NCBI GenBank assembly: GCA_030390025.1
Contig: CM059432.1
Span: forward strand, 133,984,001 to 134,048,000
Source: Squalus acanthias
Taxonomy: Eukaryota
Direction: 5' to 3'
DNA length: 64,000 nucleotides
The notes below the pieces were generated by a model. It did no database searches. It had not been told where the DNA came from and saw only the letters and a list, made by a program, of their open reading frames with translations. The position numbers were made by a program, and so were the translations under genes. Each line of letters opens with the position of its first letter. The stretch's first letter is position 1. Below are positions 27,053 through 39,220 of the stretch, in pieces.

Positions 27053-28242
27053 TATCTTAAGTGGCTAGACTGGATTAACTGATCTTAGCCAGAGTAGTGG
27101 TAGGGATGCTACAATTGACCTTCGTGTTCCTTTGCTAGGGAAAGAAATCAGGCAAGATTCCCGCCTGCTATCCAGGGTCTCCCACCCTAAAGGGCTTTAG
27201 AAGAAAAGTATCAGGGTTGGCTGTGACGCCCATCTGTGCAATAGTCTACTGACTCTCACTGTCAAGGTTCATATACGCTGGGGGAAATGCTGGAGCACCC
27301 ATGGAACTGTATACCATGTGAGGAGTCAATACCACCAAGGGAGGGGGAGGGAAATTAGGGAAAAAAATACATTTTGGCCGGGACCTTTCATTACAAAATT
27401 TCACCTGAAACATTAACCTGATTTAAGAACATAAGAAATAGGAGCAGGAATTTGGCCCCTTGAGCCTGCTCCACCATTCAATAAGATCATAGCTGATCTT
27501 CTACCTCATCTCCACTTTCCTGCACTATCCCCATATCCCTCGATTCCCTTAATATCCAAAAATCTATCGTTCTCTGTCTTGAATATGCTCAACGACTGAG
27601 CCTCCACAGCCCTCTGGGGTAGAGAATTCGAAAGATTCACCACCCTCTGAGTGAAGAAATTTCTCCTCATCTCAGTCCTAAATGGCCGACCCCTTATTCT
27701 GAGACTGTGACCCCTGGTTCTAGACTTCCCAGCTAGGGGAAACATCCTCCCTACCTCTACCTTGTAAGAATTTTGTATGTTTCAATGAGATCACCTCCTC
27801 TCATTCTTCTAAACTCTAGAGAATATAGGCCTAGTCTACTCAATCTCTCCTCAGAGGACAATCCCCCCATCCCAGGAATCAGTCTGGTGAACCTTCGTTG
27901 CACTCCCTCTATGGCAAGTACATCCTTTCTTAAGTAAGGAGACCAAAACTGTACACAATACTCCAGATGTTATCTCACCAGGGCTCTATATAATTGCAGT
28001 AAGACGTCTTTACTCTTATACTCAAATCCTCTTGTAATAAAGGCCAATATAATTTGCTTTCCTAATTGCTTGCTGTACCTGAATGTTAACTTTCAGTGAT
28101 TCATGTACAAGGACACCCAGGTCCCTCTGAACACCAACATTTCCCAATCTCTCACCATTTAAAAAATACTCTGCTTTTCTATTTTTCCTACCAAAGTGGA
28201 TAACTGCACATTTCTCCACATTATATTCCACTTGTCATGGTC

Positions 28243-28926
28243 TCACTCACGTAGCCTGTCTTTATCCCCTTGAAGCCTCTTTACATCCTCCTCACAACTT
28301 ACATTCCCACCCAGCTTTGTATCATCAGTAAACTTGGATATATTACATTTGGTCACCTCATATAAATCATTGATATAGATTGTGAATAGCTGAGGCCCAA
28401 GCACTGATCCTTGCGGTACCCCACTAGTTACAGCCTGCCAACCCGAAAATGACCCGTTTATTCCTACTCTCTGTTTTCTGTCCGTTAACCAATCCTCAAT
28501 CCATGCTAGTATATTACCCCCAATCCCATGAGCCCTAATTTTGTTTAATAACCTCTTGTGTGGCACCTTATCAAATGCCTCCTGAAAATCCAAATATGCC
28601 ACATCCACTGGTTCCCCCTTATCTATTTTGCTAGTTACAACCTCAAAAAACTCTAGCAGATTCGTCAAACACGATTTCCCTTTCATAAATCCGTGTTGAC
28701 TCTGCCCAATCCTATTATTATTTTCTAAGTGCCCTGTAAGCATGTCCTTAATAATAGATTCTAGCATTTTCCCTACTTCTGATGTCAGGCTAACTGGTCT
28801 GTAGTTCCCCATTTTCTCTCTCCCTCCTTTCTTAAATAGTGGGGTTACATTTGCTACCTTCCAATCTATGGAATTTTGGAAAATGACAACCAATGCATCC
28901 ACTATCTCTATAGCCACCTCTTTCAA
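28243..28926 (-). pseudogene. CR1 reverse transcriptase fragment
   Basis: NYRPVSLTS, QHGF.KGKSCLTNL, YLDFQEAFDKVPH and VPQGSVLGP motifs. Confidence 0.95.
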
Positions 28927-29500
28927 ACCCCTAGGATGTAGGCCATCAGGTCATGGGGATTTATTGGCTTTCAGTCCCATTCATTTCTCCAGTACTATTT
29001 TTTTACTAATACTAATTTCTTTCAGTTCCTCACTCTCGCTAGACCCTTGGTTCTCCACTATTTCCGGGAAGTTTTTTTGCGTCTTCTTCCGTGAAGACAG
29101 ACACTAAAGTATTTGTTTAATTTTGCTGCCATTTCCTTATTCCCCATTATAATTTTTCCTGTCTCAGCCTGTAAGGGACCCACATTTACTTTCGCTAATC
29201 TTTTCCTTTTAACATACCTATAGAAGCTTTTACACTCTGTTTTTATTTCTCTCTCTAGTTTACTCTCATATTCTATTTTCCGTTTCTTTATCAATTTCTT
29301 GGCCCTCCTTTGCTGAATTCTAAAATCCTCCCAATCCTCAGACTTACTACACTTTTTGGCAACATTATAAGTCTCTTGCTTTGATCTAATACTATCTTTA
29401 ACTTTTCTTATTAGCTACGGTTGGACCACTTTTCCTGTGGTGTTTTTGTGCCTTAAAGGAATGTATATTTGTTGTAAATTATGTTTTAATTAGAGTCATA

Positions 29501-30313
29501 GGGCCAGAAATTCGGGTCTCCACGGGTGAGTACGCACTGTGTACTCACCCGTAGACCCAACGAAATTGCCGGTTTCGCGCATGCACTGCGCATGCGCTGG
29601 AAACCGGAACTTCCGTTCCCTTGAAGGAGGGGGTTCGGAGGTCAAACGCATGCGTCGGAGAAGCAGCGCGCACGCATCGTACTTCCGTTTTTTTTCAGGT
29701 TTCTGTGTGAGGGTAAGTCCCCAGCAACTGCGTGGGGAAAAAGTAGGTGCAAGGCCTGCTTTTAACAAGGTAAGTGGTGAATTAACTAAAATTAAAACAT
29801 TTTTTCCACAGGTTTATTATTTTTAAATACTTTAAAGAAAGGTAAGTTTATTTTTAGCCCTGTTAAAAACTGCAATTAATTTTTTCAAAAATTTAATTAT
29901 TGTTTAAAATAGTTATTTTGTGTAATTTATAGTTATTTTAAAAATGTGATTAAAAAAATTAATTATTTGAAGTTTTAGTGAGGTTTTGGGACCGATCGCT
30001 ATCATAGATTTGACAGGTCTTCCTAATTTTTTTACTCATACTAATTTCTTTCAGTTCCTCACTCTCGCTAGACCCTTGGTTCTCTACTATTTCCGGGAAG
30101 TTTTTTGCGTCTTCTTCCGTGAAGACAGACACTAAAGTATTTGTTTAATTAACTAACTGTGCCCCTGGGATACGCGAGCACTACACACCAGCAGCTGGAG
30201 GAGGCCCAGGATTGGAATTCCACGCGGGCCCAGAGCACAACGGCAGGCGCGCTAGGTAAGTGCAGGTTGGGGGCTTGCACCCGCGGGAAGCCTCCGACCC
30301 GAATTTCTGGCCC
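29501..30313 (+). mobile_element. Harbinger-type MITE, family M1, copy 2
   Basis: Perfect TIR gggccagaaattcgggtc / gacccgaatttctggccc; 3-bp TSD ata; AT-rich core shared with 6058-6743 and 51799-52557. Confidence 0.9.
30026..30150 (+). repeat. Local direct duplicate of 28997-29122
   Basis: About 125 bp with two substitutions and one T-run length change. Confidence 0.95.
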
Positions 30314-32139
30314 ATAGAGTCATAGAGTTATACAGCACAGAAAGAGGCCCTTCGGCCCATCGTGTCTGCGCTGGCCATCAAGCCCTATCTATTCTAATCC
30401 CATTTTCCAGCACTTGGTCCGTAGCCTTGTATGCTATGGCATTTCAAGTGCTCATCTAAATGCTTCTTGAATGTTGTGAGGGTTCCTGCCTCTACCACCC
30501 TTTCAGGCAGTGAGTTCCAGATTCCAACCACCCTCTGGGTGAAAAAGTTTTTCCTCAAATCCCCTCTAAACCTCCTGCCCCTTACCTTGAAACTATGCCC
30601 CTTGGTTATTGACCCCTCTACTAAGGGGAAAAGTTCCTTTCTATCTACCCTATCTATGCCCCTCATAATTTTGTACACCTCAATCAGGTCCCCCCTCAGC
30701 CTTCTCTGCTCTAAGGAAAACAACTCCAGCCTGTCCAGTCTCTCTTCATAGCTGAAACGCTCCAGCCCAGGTAACATCCTGGTGAATCTCCTATGCACCC
30801 TCTCTAATGCAATCACATCCTTCCTATAGTGTGGCGACCAGAACTGCACACAGTATTCCAGCTGTGGCCTAACTAGCATTTTGTACAGCTCCATCATAAC
30901 CTCCCTGCTCTTTTTATTCTATGCAAATTCTTTAAATGCTAGCCATTGCTTCTCTACTGTCATACCTTTTAATGTAGTTTTCCAATCTACTTTAGCCAAC
31001 TCGCCCCTCATACCTACGTAGTTTGCTTTGTTTAGATTTAAGACCCTAGTTTCAGATTTAACTAAATCACTTTCAAACTGAATATAAAATTCTATCATAT
31101 TATGGTCACTCTTCCCTAAAGGCCCCTTTACTACAAGGTTATTAATTAACCCTTTCTCATTGCACAATACTAGATATAAAATAGCCTGCCTGTTCCCTAG
31201 TTGGTTCCTCAACACACTGATCTGGAAAACTATCTTGCATACATTCCATGAATTCGTCCTCCACACTATTAGTGAAAATTTGGTTTGCCCAGTCTATATG
31301 TAGATTAAAGTCCCCCATGATTACTGTATTACCCTTGTTACATGCACCTCTAATTTTCTGATTTATACTCTGCCCTACATTACAACTATTGTTTGGGGGC
31401 CTACCAACAACTCCCACCAATGTTTTCTGCCCTTGCTATTTCTTATCTCCACCCAAACTAATTCTACTTCTTCATTTTCAGAGCTAAGATCCTTTCTCTC
31501 GACTGTCTTTAGCCCATCCTTTATTATCAGGGCTACCACTCCTCCTTTTCCATTTTGCCTATCTCTTCTAAAAGTTAAGTATCCTGGAATATTTAGTTCC
31601 CAACCTTGGCCACATTGCAACCACGTCTCCTTAATGGCTATTAGATCAAACCTATTAATTTCTATCTGCGCTATTAATTCATCTATTTTGTTGTTAATGC
31701 TTTGCGCATTCAGATATAGGCCCTTTAGCTTTGACTTATTTCTATTTTCCCCTGATGTCACCTTAGTCACTGATGCCTTATTACCTTTGTTACTCTCTCT
31801 GTCCCTCCTGACCCACTCTGCTTATTTTTACCCAAAATTCTACTCTGCTCCAGAGCCTTGACATTTCTCTCGCGGCTTTTAAATTTATTCTTTCCTGAAT
31901 CCTCCCACCCCCCCCCCCTTGATTAGTTTAAAGCCCTGTCTACTGCCCTAGTTATTCGGTTCGCTAGGACACTGGTCCCAGCCCGGTTAAGTGGAGCCCG
32001 TCCCCAGTACTGGTGCCAGTGCCCCATGAACTGAAACCCCTTCCTCTCACACCACTCTTTGTTTCCACTTTCATAAGCTGATCGACCTGCTGTGTACACA
32101 CGGCATTTTTGGTTGTATTTCAGATTTCCAGCATTCAAT

Positions 32140-32325
32140 GGCCTAGAAATCCATCTCGGACGGTGGCGCAAAACGGGTGGTATTGGATCGGCCGCCAGTT
32201 ATCCGCAGCGCCTGATGTTCAGTTACATTGACTGCAATAGAACCGAATATCAGGCGCTGTGCATAACGAGCGGCCGATCCAATACCGCCCGTTTTGCGCC
32301 ACCGTCCGAGACGAATTTCGAGGCC
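32140..32325. mobile_element. Fully palindromic foldback MITE
   Basis: About 90-bp arms ggcctagaaat..cggacggtggcgcaaaacggg..gatcggccg mirrored; relatives at 13053-13161 and 59615-59639. Confidence 0.88.
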
Positions 32326-32744
32326 ATTTTGTTTCTTTAACATAATAAACAGGGAACTCCCTGCTACGGGATGCCAGTGCAAACAATTCGATAGGGTTGG
32401 CATTGCTCCTTTATATATATATATATATATCTGCTGCAGCTGAAGGTTTGTATCAGGAGCTATTGGTGAAACAAACATAACTTAAGCATTAGAGACAATC
32501 GGATGTTGTGTTGCTTGGCAAAGCTGTCAAATTAACAAATGTCAAGTTAAGCTCCCTGAAATACAGAAAATAAATGGCATACTATTATAATAGGATCATT
32601 AGTTTATTGATAACAGTGTGCTCTGTGGAGTCTGGTGGTGCATGGAGTGTGGAAAATGGCTCTGCAAAGCTTCTCCAAATCTGTATCCGTTCCCAGCATT
32701 CTTTGGGGCAAGACAATTTAGCCTCAGGACAGGCTGTCCTACCT

Positions 32745-33160
32745 CAGATGTTACCACCCAACCTTTTCTCTCGTACTCTTGGGAGAGGAGATGTCAACCC
32801 AGATCTCACAGTGTGCGTGTGTGTAGTCTGTTTCACAGTGGGAACACAAAGATACAAGTCTGCCTATGGAACAGATGTAAGTTTCCCATGCTTTGATTCA
32901 GCTGGGATCGCGCACACACAGCTATGCAAAAAAAAAATCAAACGGAACTTGCTGTCATTTCACCGCCTCCCTGTGAAATCCTCTGACACTCCAGCCTCGC
33001 AGACTGAGAGCTGCCGTCTTTTTTTTTAAACGAAGGCTGCGAGACTGGCATAAACAGCATTGTCTGATTTTTAGCTATTACCTCTGCGAGTTCAGAGTCA
33101 GCATCTGGTTGGTATTACATGCTGAGGGAGGGAGAGAGGGGGAGATTATAACGGGGCTGC
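32745..33160 (-). promoter_or_regulatory. Candidate promoter and non-coding first exon of an unidentified host gene
   Basis: TE-free island; minus-strand ttataa near 33150 followed by a pyrimidine-rich tract and UTR-like sequence, ending at a gag|gtagg donor near 32745. Confidence 0.3.
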
Positions 33161-34727
33161 TGCGTTCCCACAAGTAGGAGATGACAGTACTTCGCCGACA
33201 GACTGGAATAGGGGAGCCTGTTCCAAAACACACCATCGGTATCACAGCCAGGGAAGGGACTCAACGCAAGTGTTATTTTTTCCCAAGGCAGATGAAGAAA
33301 TGTGTTAACTGTGCTAATGGTGCCAAGTATTATGCTTCGTTAAAAATTTAATCACCTGCATGTGCAAAACAAGTGCAAAGCAATCATGTTGTAATTAGCA
33401 CAGCAATTAACACCTTTTTTTTCCCTGATACCGGTCTGCATTATAAAGAAGTGCATGATTGCCGTACTTAATGCTTTTGACAGACTTGGAGTTTTCTATC
33501 AAGAAGTATTAATTTCCTTAAATTGAAATTCAGATATAGCGACTGATGTCAGTTTTCACTGCCGCTCATAGCTGCTAATCCTACTTTAACAGTACATTAA
33601 CAAGAGCGGCTGCAGTGTATTCCCAACTCATTCTAAGCATGTAATGAATCACAAATAAATACAATTAACATTACAGAACTCTAATTACATGTACTGCAAC
33701 CAGAGAAGATATAACGGCTTACAGCAGTTGACAGCTTTATATAAACCCCAATATAATGTCGTATTGATTTGTTTAATCGCTGTTGCGGTTTTTCTCCTCT
33801 CCCCTCATGAAGCCATTGCCTGCTCACTGAGGTACCCTTCCATGGAGCCCTCAGGTGCTACCCCGAAGTGGCTATTATTAACACATTCCCCTTGACAGTG
33901 TGTCTGCCAGCAGGCTATTCGACTCTGGGGGCATCACAGTATTGCCTGAGCCTGTCCTCACTTCACCTGATGATGCATAAACTAGCGGAAGGATTTTTTT
34001 TAAATATTCATTTCACGGGATGTGAGCGTCGCCATTGCCCATCCGTAATTGCCCTCGAGAAGGTGGTGGTGAGCCGCCTTCTTGAACCGCTGCAGTCCGT
34101 GTGGTGAAGGTACTCCCACAGTGCTGTTAGGGAGGGAGTTCCAGCATTTCAACCCAGCAACGATGAAGGAACGGCGATATATTTCCAAGTCACGATGGTG
34201 TGTGACTTGGAGGGGAACTTGGAGGTGGTGGCGTTCCCATGCGCCTGATGCCCTTGTCCTTCAGGGAAAACTGATTGTATTTTCCCTCCTTCCCAACCCA
34301 GGGAAACGGAAGAAACTGCAGCCCTCCTACTGCCTGTGCCCCCCCCTTGCCCCAACAGCTACTTTCAAGTAATGGCATCCAGAGTTCACATAGTCATTGG
34401 TGAATATCAACGTATGATAAAGGACAGCCAAAGGCCAGCTGGTCCATCAAGTCTGCCCCGTCCCACATCATACAAGCGGCTGGCACCATTAAACTCATCT
34501 CACCAACACCACCCCAACCCCCTCACCCTCCACAGCCATCAATCTCCTGAGAACGGCAACAAAAAATCTTAGACCAATTTAGGAAATATAATCTAGGAAA
34601 TTCCTCTTCAATCCTGTCGGAATTACATAGAATAGTATTTACAGCACAGAAACGGGTCATTCGGCCCATTTGGTTTACGCCGATGTTTGTGCTTCACATG
34701 ATCAAGATCAAGCAAACTTTAGGAAGA

Positions 34728-35265
34728 CCATAAGAAATACAATCAGCAGTAGGCCATGCAGCCCATCAAGCCTGCTCTGCCATTCAATAAGAGCATGGAT
34801 GACCTTCTACTTCAACTCCACCCTCCCGCACTATCCCCATATCCCTTGGTGCCCTTACTATCCAAAACTCTATCGACCTCTGTCTTGAATATACTCAATG
34901 ACTGAGCCTCCACAGCCCTCTGGGGTAGAGAATTCCAAAGATTCACAACACTTTGAGTGTAGAAATTTCTCCTCATCTCAGTCCTAAATGGCCCTTATTC
35001 TGAGACTGTAACCCCTGGTTCTAGACTCCCCAGCCAGGGGAAACATCCTCCCTGCATCTACCCTGTCAAGCCTCTTAAGAATTTTGTATGTTTCAATGAG
35101 ATCACCTCTCATTCTTCTAAACTCGAGAATATAGGCCTAGTCTGCTCAATCTCTCCTCATAGGACAATCCCCCCATCTCAGGAACCAGTCTGGTGAACCT
35201 TTGTTGCACTCCCTCTATGGCAAGTATATCCTTCCTTAGGTAAGGAGACCAAAACTGTACACAGT
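34728..35265 (-). mobile_element. CR1 3' fragment
   Basis: Near-identical to 27425-27960. Confidence 0.9.
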
Positions 35266-35726
35266 GACTGATACCACTATCCCTGTCAACCCACTTACCT
35301 TCAACAGCTGGTACCTTCCACACGCAGGAAGACCTCCAGCTCCCTTGTGAATGCTGACAGTGAATCCATACTCGCCACACGTACTGGCAACTTGTTCCAG
35401 AGGTTTAAATCTCTCTGCAAGTAGAAGAGCTTCCTGGCATCCAACCTAATCTGATAAGAGAGGGCGAGTTGTCATTTTTATTGTGGAATAATGTTTCCTG
35501 CGAGTATGGAATATGGAAATTATTCCATCAGTGGCCAATAGTTGCATAGGTCAAGTCACAAGTGGGCGGCTTTCTGTAAAATGAGAACCTTGTTGTTATA
35601 CTGTTGCTCAGAGATTAACAACAACAGCGTGCATTTATATAGCGCCTTTAAAATAGTATAACGTCCCATGGCACTTCACAGGAGTGTTATCAGCGAAAAT
35701 TTCACAGCCACATAAGGAGATATTAG

Positions 35727-36113
35727 AACTTTACAGCCTTCCGGACTCAACATTGATTTCAATAGCTTCAGATCATAGCCACTGCTCCCATATTTTCAGA
35801 CAGCAGGCGCTGGTAATGCTGCTCCTCTCGACCCATCTTTTGTTTCTTTACTTGTCCCATTACCACCCCTTTTTGTGTTGCACCATCATCCCTTTTGGCA
35901 TTTAATCTCTCCTGCCTTCCACCCTATCACAGACCTTCCCTATTGTTCTTTCCTCCTCCCCCACCTTCTCCACCCCCTTCCCTGCCTCTGCACATGTTTA
36001 GAAACTGTTAAATCTCTAACTTCTTCCTGTGACCTGAAACGCTAACTCTGTTTCTCTCTCTACAGATGCTGCCTGACCTGCTGAGTTAGTCCAGCATTTT
36101 CTGTTTTTATTTC
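35727..36113 (+). mobile_element. Penelope 3' fragment inserted in an L2 tail (L2 at 35616-35726 and 36114-36385, minus strand)
   Basis: TSD aggagatattag at 35715-35726 and 36114-36125. Confidence 0.85.
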
Positions 36114-37043
36114 AGGAGATATTAGGATAGGTGGACAGAAGCTTGGTCAAAGAGGTAGGTTTTAAGGAGTGCCTTAAATGAGGAGAGAGAGCTGGAGAAG
36201 TGGAGAGGTTTAGGGAGGGAATTGCAAGCTTAGGGCCTGTAGCTAAAGGTACGGCCACCAGTGGTGGAGTGATTAAAATCGGGGATGCTCAAGAGGCCAG
36301 AATTGGAGGAGCGCAGAGATCTCGGAGGGTTGTAGGACTGGAGGAGGTTACAGAGATAGGGAGGGGCAAGGTCATGGAGGGATTGGTTATAGATTTTGAG
36401 TGATATGGAATGTTTTGTTCTCTGTTTTCATATGTGTAGCAAACAATGCAAATCTGAAAATCATAATTTAATTTCAGATTATTAAATATTCACTAATAAC
36501 TATATCTGAAGTAACCCGACACACTTTGGTTTGGATCCCACTGTTTGAACAAAGCTGTCAATGTGATGAAGATTCATCTTTTATCTTCTTTTTTAAAATG
36601 ATTCGCCCTTTCTTCCTGAATGTAGTGACTCTTATAGTTTAACAGGCGATGTCAAACGCTCCAATACTTTGCCCGAGTGACCATTCTTCACTTGTGAGCC
36701 TGCACAATGGCTTCATGCAGACTATTTGACCACAGTGGCATCACAGTTCAGCATGATCCTGTTCTCACCCAATGCTGACACACACAAATAGGAGTAATCT
36801 AAGCCAAATGCCTGGCTAATGGTTGCCCTCCATAGCCCCAGGGTTTCTCACAGAAATAAACTGTACAAGGCTCACTGCCAACCCAGCTGTGCTAAACCAA
36901 CTCAGCACAGACCAGGGCCCATTGTAGTCTATATTGCTCTGTACCACACCAAATAATATATTCGCCCACTGATCTACCATAGATGGTTTTTTATTACTTT
37001 TTTTAGGTAAATCATATAGAATCATACAACACAGAAGGATACC

Positions 37044-37423
37044 TTTTTTTTGTTTGTGTTTTCTTTTCTTCTCTCCCACATGGCAGCTGTCTTTCATTCT
37101 GCCAGCGCAATTTACACTTCATCTAGAGCCATTTTTTGTTTCTTAACCTGTCCCATTACCATCTCCTTTTGCCTTGAATATCTCTTAATGTCTCTCAATG
37201 TCTCTTAACCTCTCCTGCCTTCTATCCTATCACAGACCTTCCCTTTTGTTCTTTCATCCCCTCCCCCCCTTTCCCAGCTCCTACACTTGCTTAAAAATCT
37301 GTTCCATTTCCTGCTTTTTTCCAGTTCTGACAAAAGGTCATTGACCTGAAACGTTAACTCTGTTTCTCTCTTCACAGATGCTGCCTGACCTGCTGAGTAT
37401 CTCCAGCATTTTCTGTTTTTATT
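37044..37423 (+). mobile_element. Penelope 3' tail inserted in a CR1 tail
   Basis: TSD acagaaggatacc at 37031-37043 and 37424-37436. Confidence 0.88.
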
Positions 37424-37870
37424 ACAGAAGGATACCATTTGGCCCATCAAGCCTGTGCTGGCTCTTTGAAAGAGGTATCCAATTAATCCCACTCCCTTGC
37501 CCTTTCCCCACAGTCCTGCAATGTTTCTCCTTTTCAGGTATTTATCCAGTTCCCTTTTGAAAGTTACTACTGAATCTGCTTCCCCCATCCTTTCAGGCAG
37601 TGTATTCTGGATCATAACATCTCATTGTCTAAAAAGATTTCTCTCATCTCACCTCTATAGTTCTTTTGCCAATTACCTTAAATCTGTGTCCTCTTGTTAC
37701 CGACTCTCCTGTCAGTGGAAATAGTTTCTCCTTATTTACTCTATCAAAACCCCTCATAATTTTGAACAACTCTATTAAATCTCCCTTTTACCTTCGCTGC
37801 TCTAAGGAGAACAATCCCAGCTACTCGAGTCTCTCCACATCACTGAAGTCCCTCGTCCCTGGTATCATTC
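37424..37870 (-). mobile_element. CR1 3' fragment; similar pieces at 39927-40823 (+), 50765-50940 (+), 58885-59012 (+), 60697-60828 (-), 61551-61895 (-)
   Basis: CR1 C-terminal and 3' UTR match. Confidence 0.85.
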
Positions 37871-38457
37871 CCCAGCATATTTTATTATGGAGAGTCTTTC
37901 TTTCTTTATTTTATTATGGAATGTGAATCAACACAAAATTGAAAAAGAACGTTTATTTGTGTGAGTAAAATTTGTAACACGCTCTAACACATTCCAGATC
38001 AGTTTCTAAGCGGCAAATTGGCATGCGGTGCTATCTTGTCATATTGACTGGATGTTCCAGAAGCTGTCACAGTGATTTCTTTTATTAAGTATCTGTTTCC
38101 TTATTGCTATTTTCTCCTCATTTGGTTGCCCAATGTCACCCACCCAACAATGGCTGAGAAAAATAGCATTATCTTTGTGCCAGAAAAGTAATTTGAACCA
38201 TTTATACAATTTTTTTAGATACATTTTTTCGTATGAAAGCTCTTTGATTCTTTCAATCAATGAAAATTCACTGTCGTTCATATCCCACCGTGGCAGTTTG
38301 AGAATTAGAATTCAGTTTTAAAAAAGAAAATACCTGCAGCGGTTTCAGAAGAAGGCCCACCTTCTCTGGGCAACTAGGGATGGGCAATAAATGCCAGCCT
38401 TACCTATATCCTGAGAATTAATTAAAAAAAGACTATGGCACATTGCAAGTCTCCATC

Positions 38458-38750
38458 AAGCAGGGGAATTCTCCCCGGTGTCCTGGCCAACATTTATCCC
38501 TCAATCAACATCACTAAAAACAGATTATCTGATCATTGTCACATTGCTGTTTGTGGGAGCTTGCTGTGCGCAAATTGGCTGCCGCGTTTCCTACATTACA
38601 ACAGTGACTACACTTCAAAAGTACTTCATTGGCTGTAAAGCGCTTTGGGACATCCAGAGGTCATGAAAGGCGCTATATAAATGCAAGTCTTTCTTTCCTT
38701 CTTTCTTTCTTTCCTTCCCTTCTTTCTTTCCTTCTTTCTTTATTTCTTTC
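38458..38750 (+). mobile_element. DeuSINE 3' half with expanded (cttt)n tail
   Basis: Family match. Confidence 0.88.
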
Positions 38751-39220
38751 TTTATATCTTGTGGTATTTTATCTCATGATTATTAGACCAATGTATAATA
38801 GGTGCGGGCAACCAAACAAGTTAGTTCTATTAAGACCACTTAACCATGGAATATTTTTCTTACTCTGGTTTCCCAGAGCTGATTTTGCTCATCCACTCAA
38901 ACAGGGAGCGCCCCAAATTCACTCCGTCAGACCTGAATCCATTGTATTGGTGGGTTCAGATCATTACGCTAGGCTCAAACATTGCCCCCAGCGCAGCCCG
39001 CTCCTAGTCAGGGGTCTGTGGCAGTGGTAAAAGTGGTTGGCTTCAGAGCCTTCTGGCTGTTGTCCAAAAACAGCAGCCAAGAGGCCTCCAACCTCCAAAA
39101 ATCCTATTAGGCAGCTAGAAAAAAGAAGCTTTACTTTGTTGTACCCTTCATGGCCTGGCAGATCCTTCAATCTGAGGAGGTTGGGCTCACATACTATGGT
39201 CCAATAATTAAAGGCGCTGC

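Larger units (their letters stand above)
29492..30925 (-). mobile_element. 5'-truncated CR1 of a second subfamily, nested in the larger CR1 and itself split by a MITE
   Basis: ORF 30394-30897 (VRPQLEYCVQFWSPH..RRLRGDLIEVYKI..FFTQRVV) is a CR1 ORF2 C-terminus; its agagtcat tail repeat lies on both sides of the MITE; short aatt duplication at the junctions. Confidence 0.9.
27425..32060 (-). mobile_element. CR1 LINE with nearly complete but disrupted ORF2 and ORF1 C-terminus, interrupted at 29492-30925
   Basis: APE endonuclease start (GLYLNAQSINNKIDEL..IAIKETWL, 31375-31770), RT motifs (GVPQGSVLGPQLFTIYINDL..KFTDDTKL, 28243-28926), ORF1-like end (31923-32060), and a ttcttatg tail near 27425; many frameshifts. 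Confidence 0.95.

Noticed and set aside
32574..33029. 151-aa plus-strand ORF as a host CDS
   Set aside because: No recognisable domain, and it runs through homopolymer and dinucleotide tracts; likely chance.
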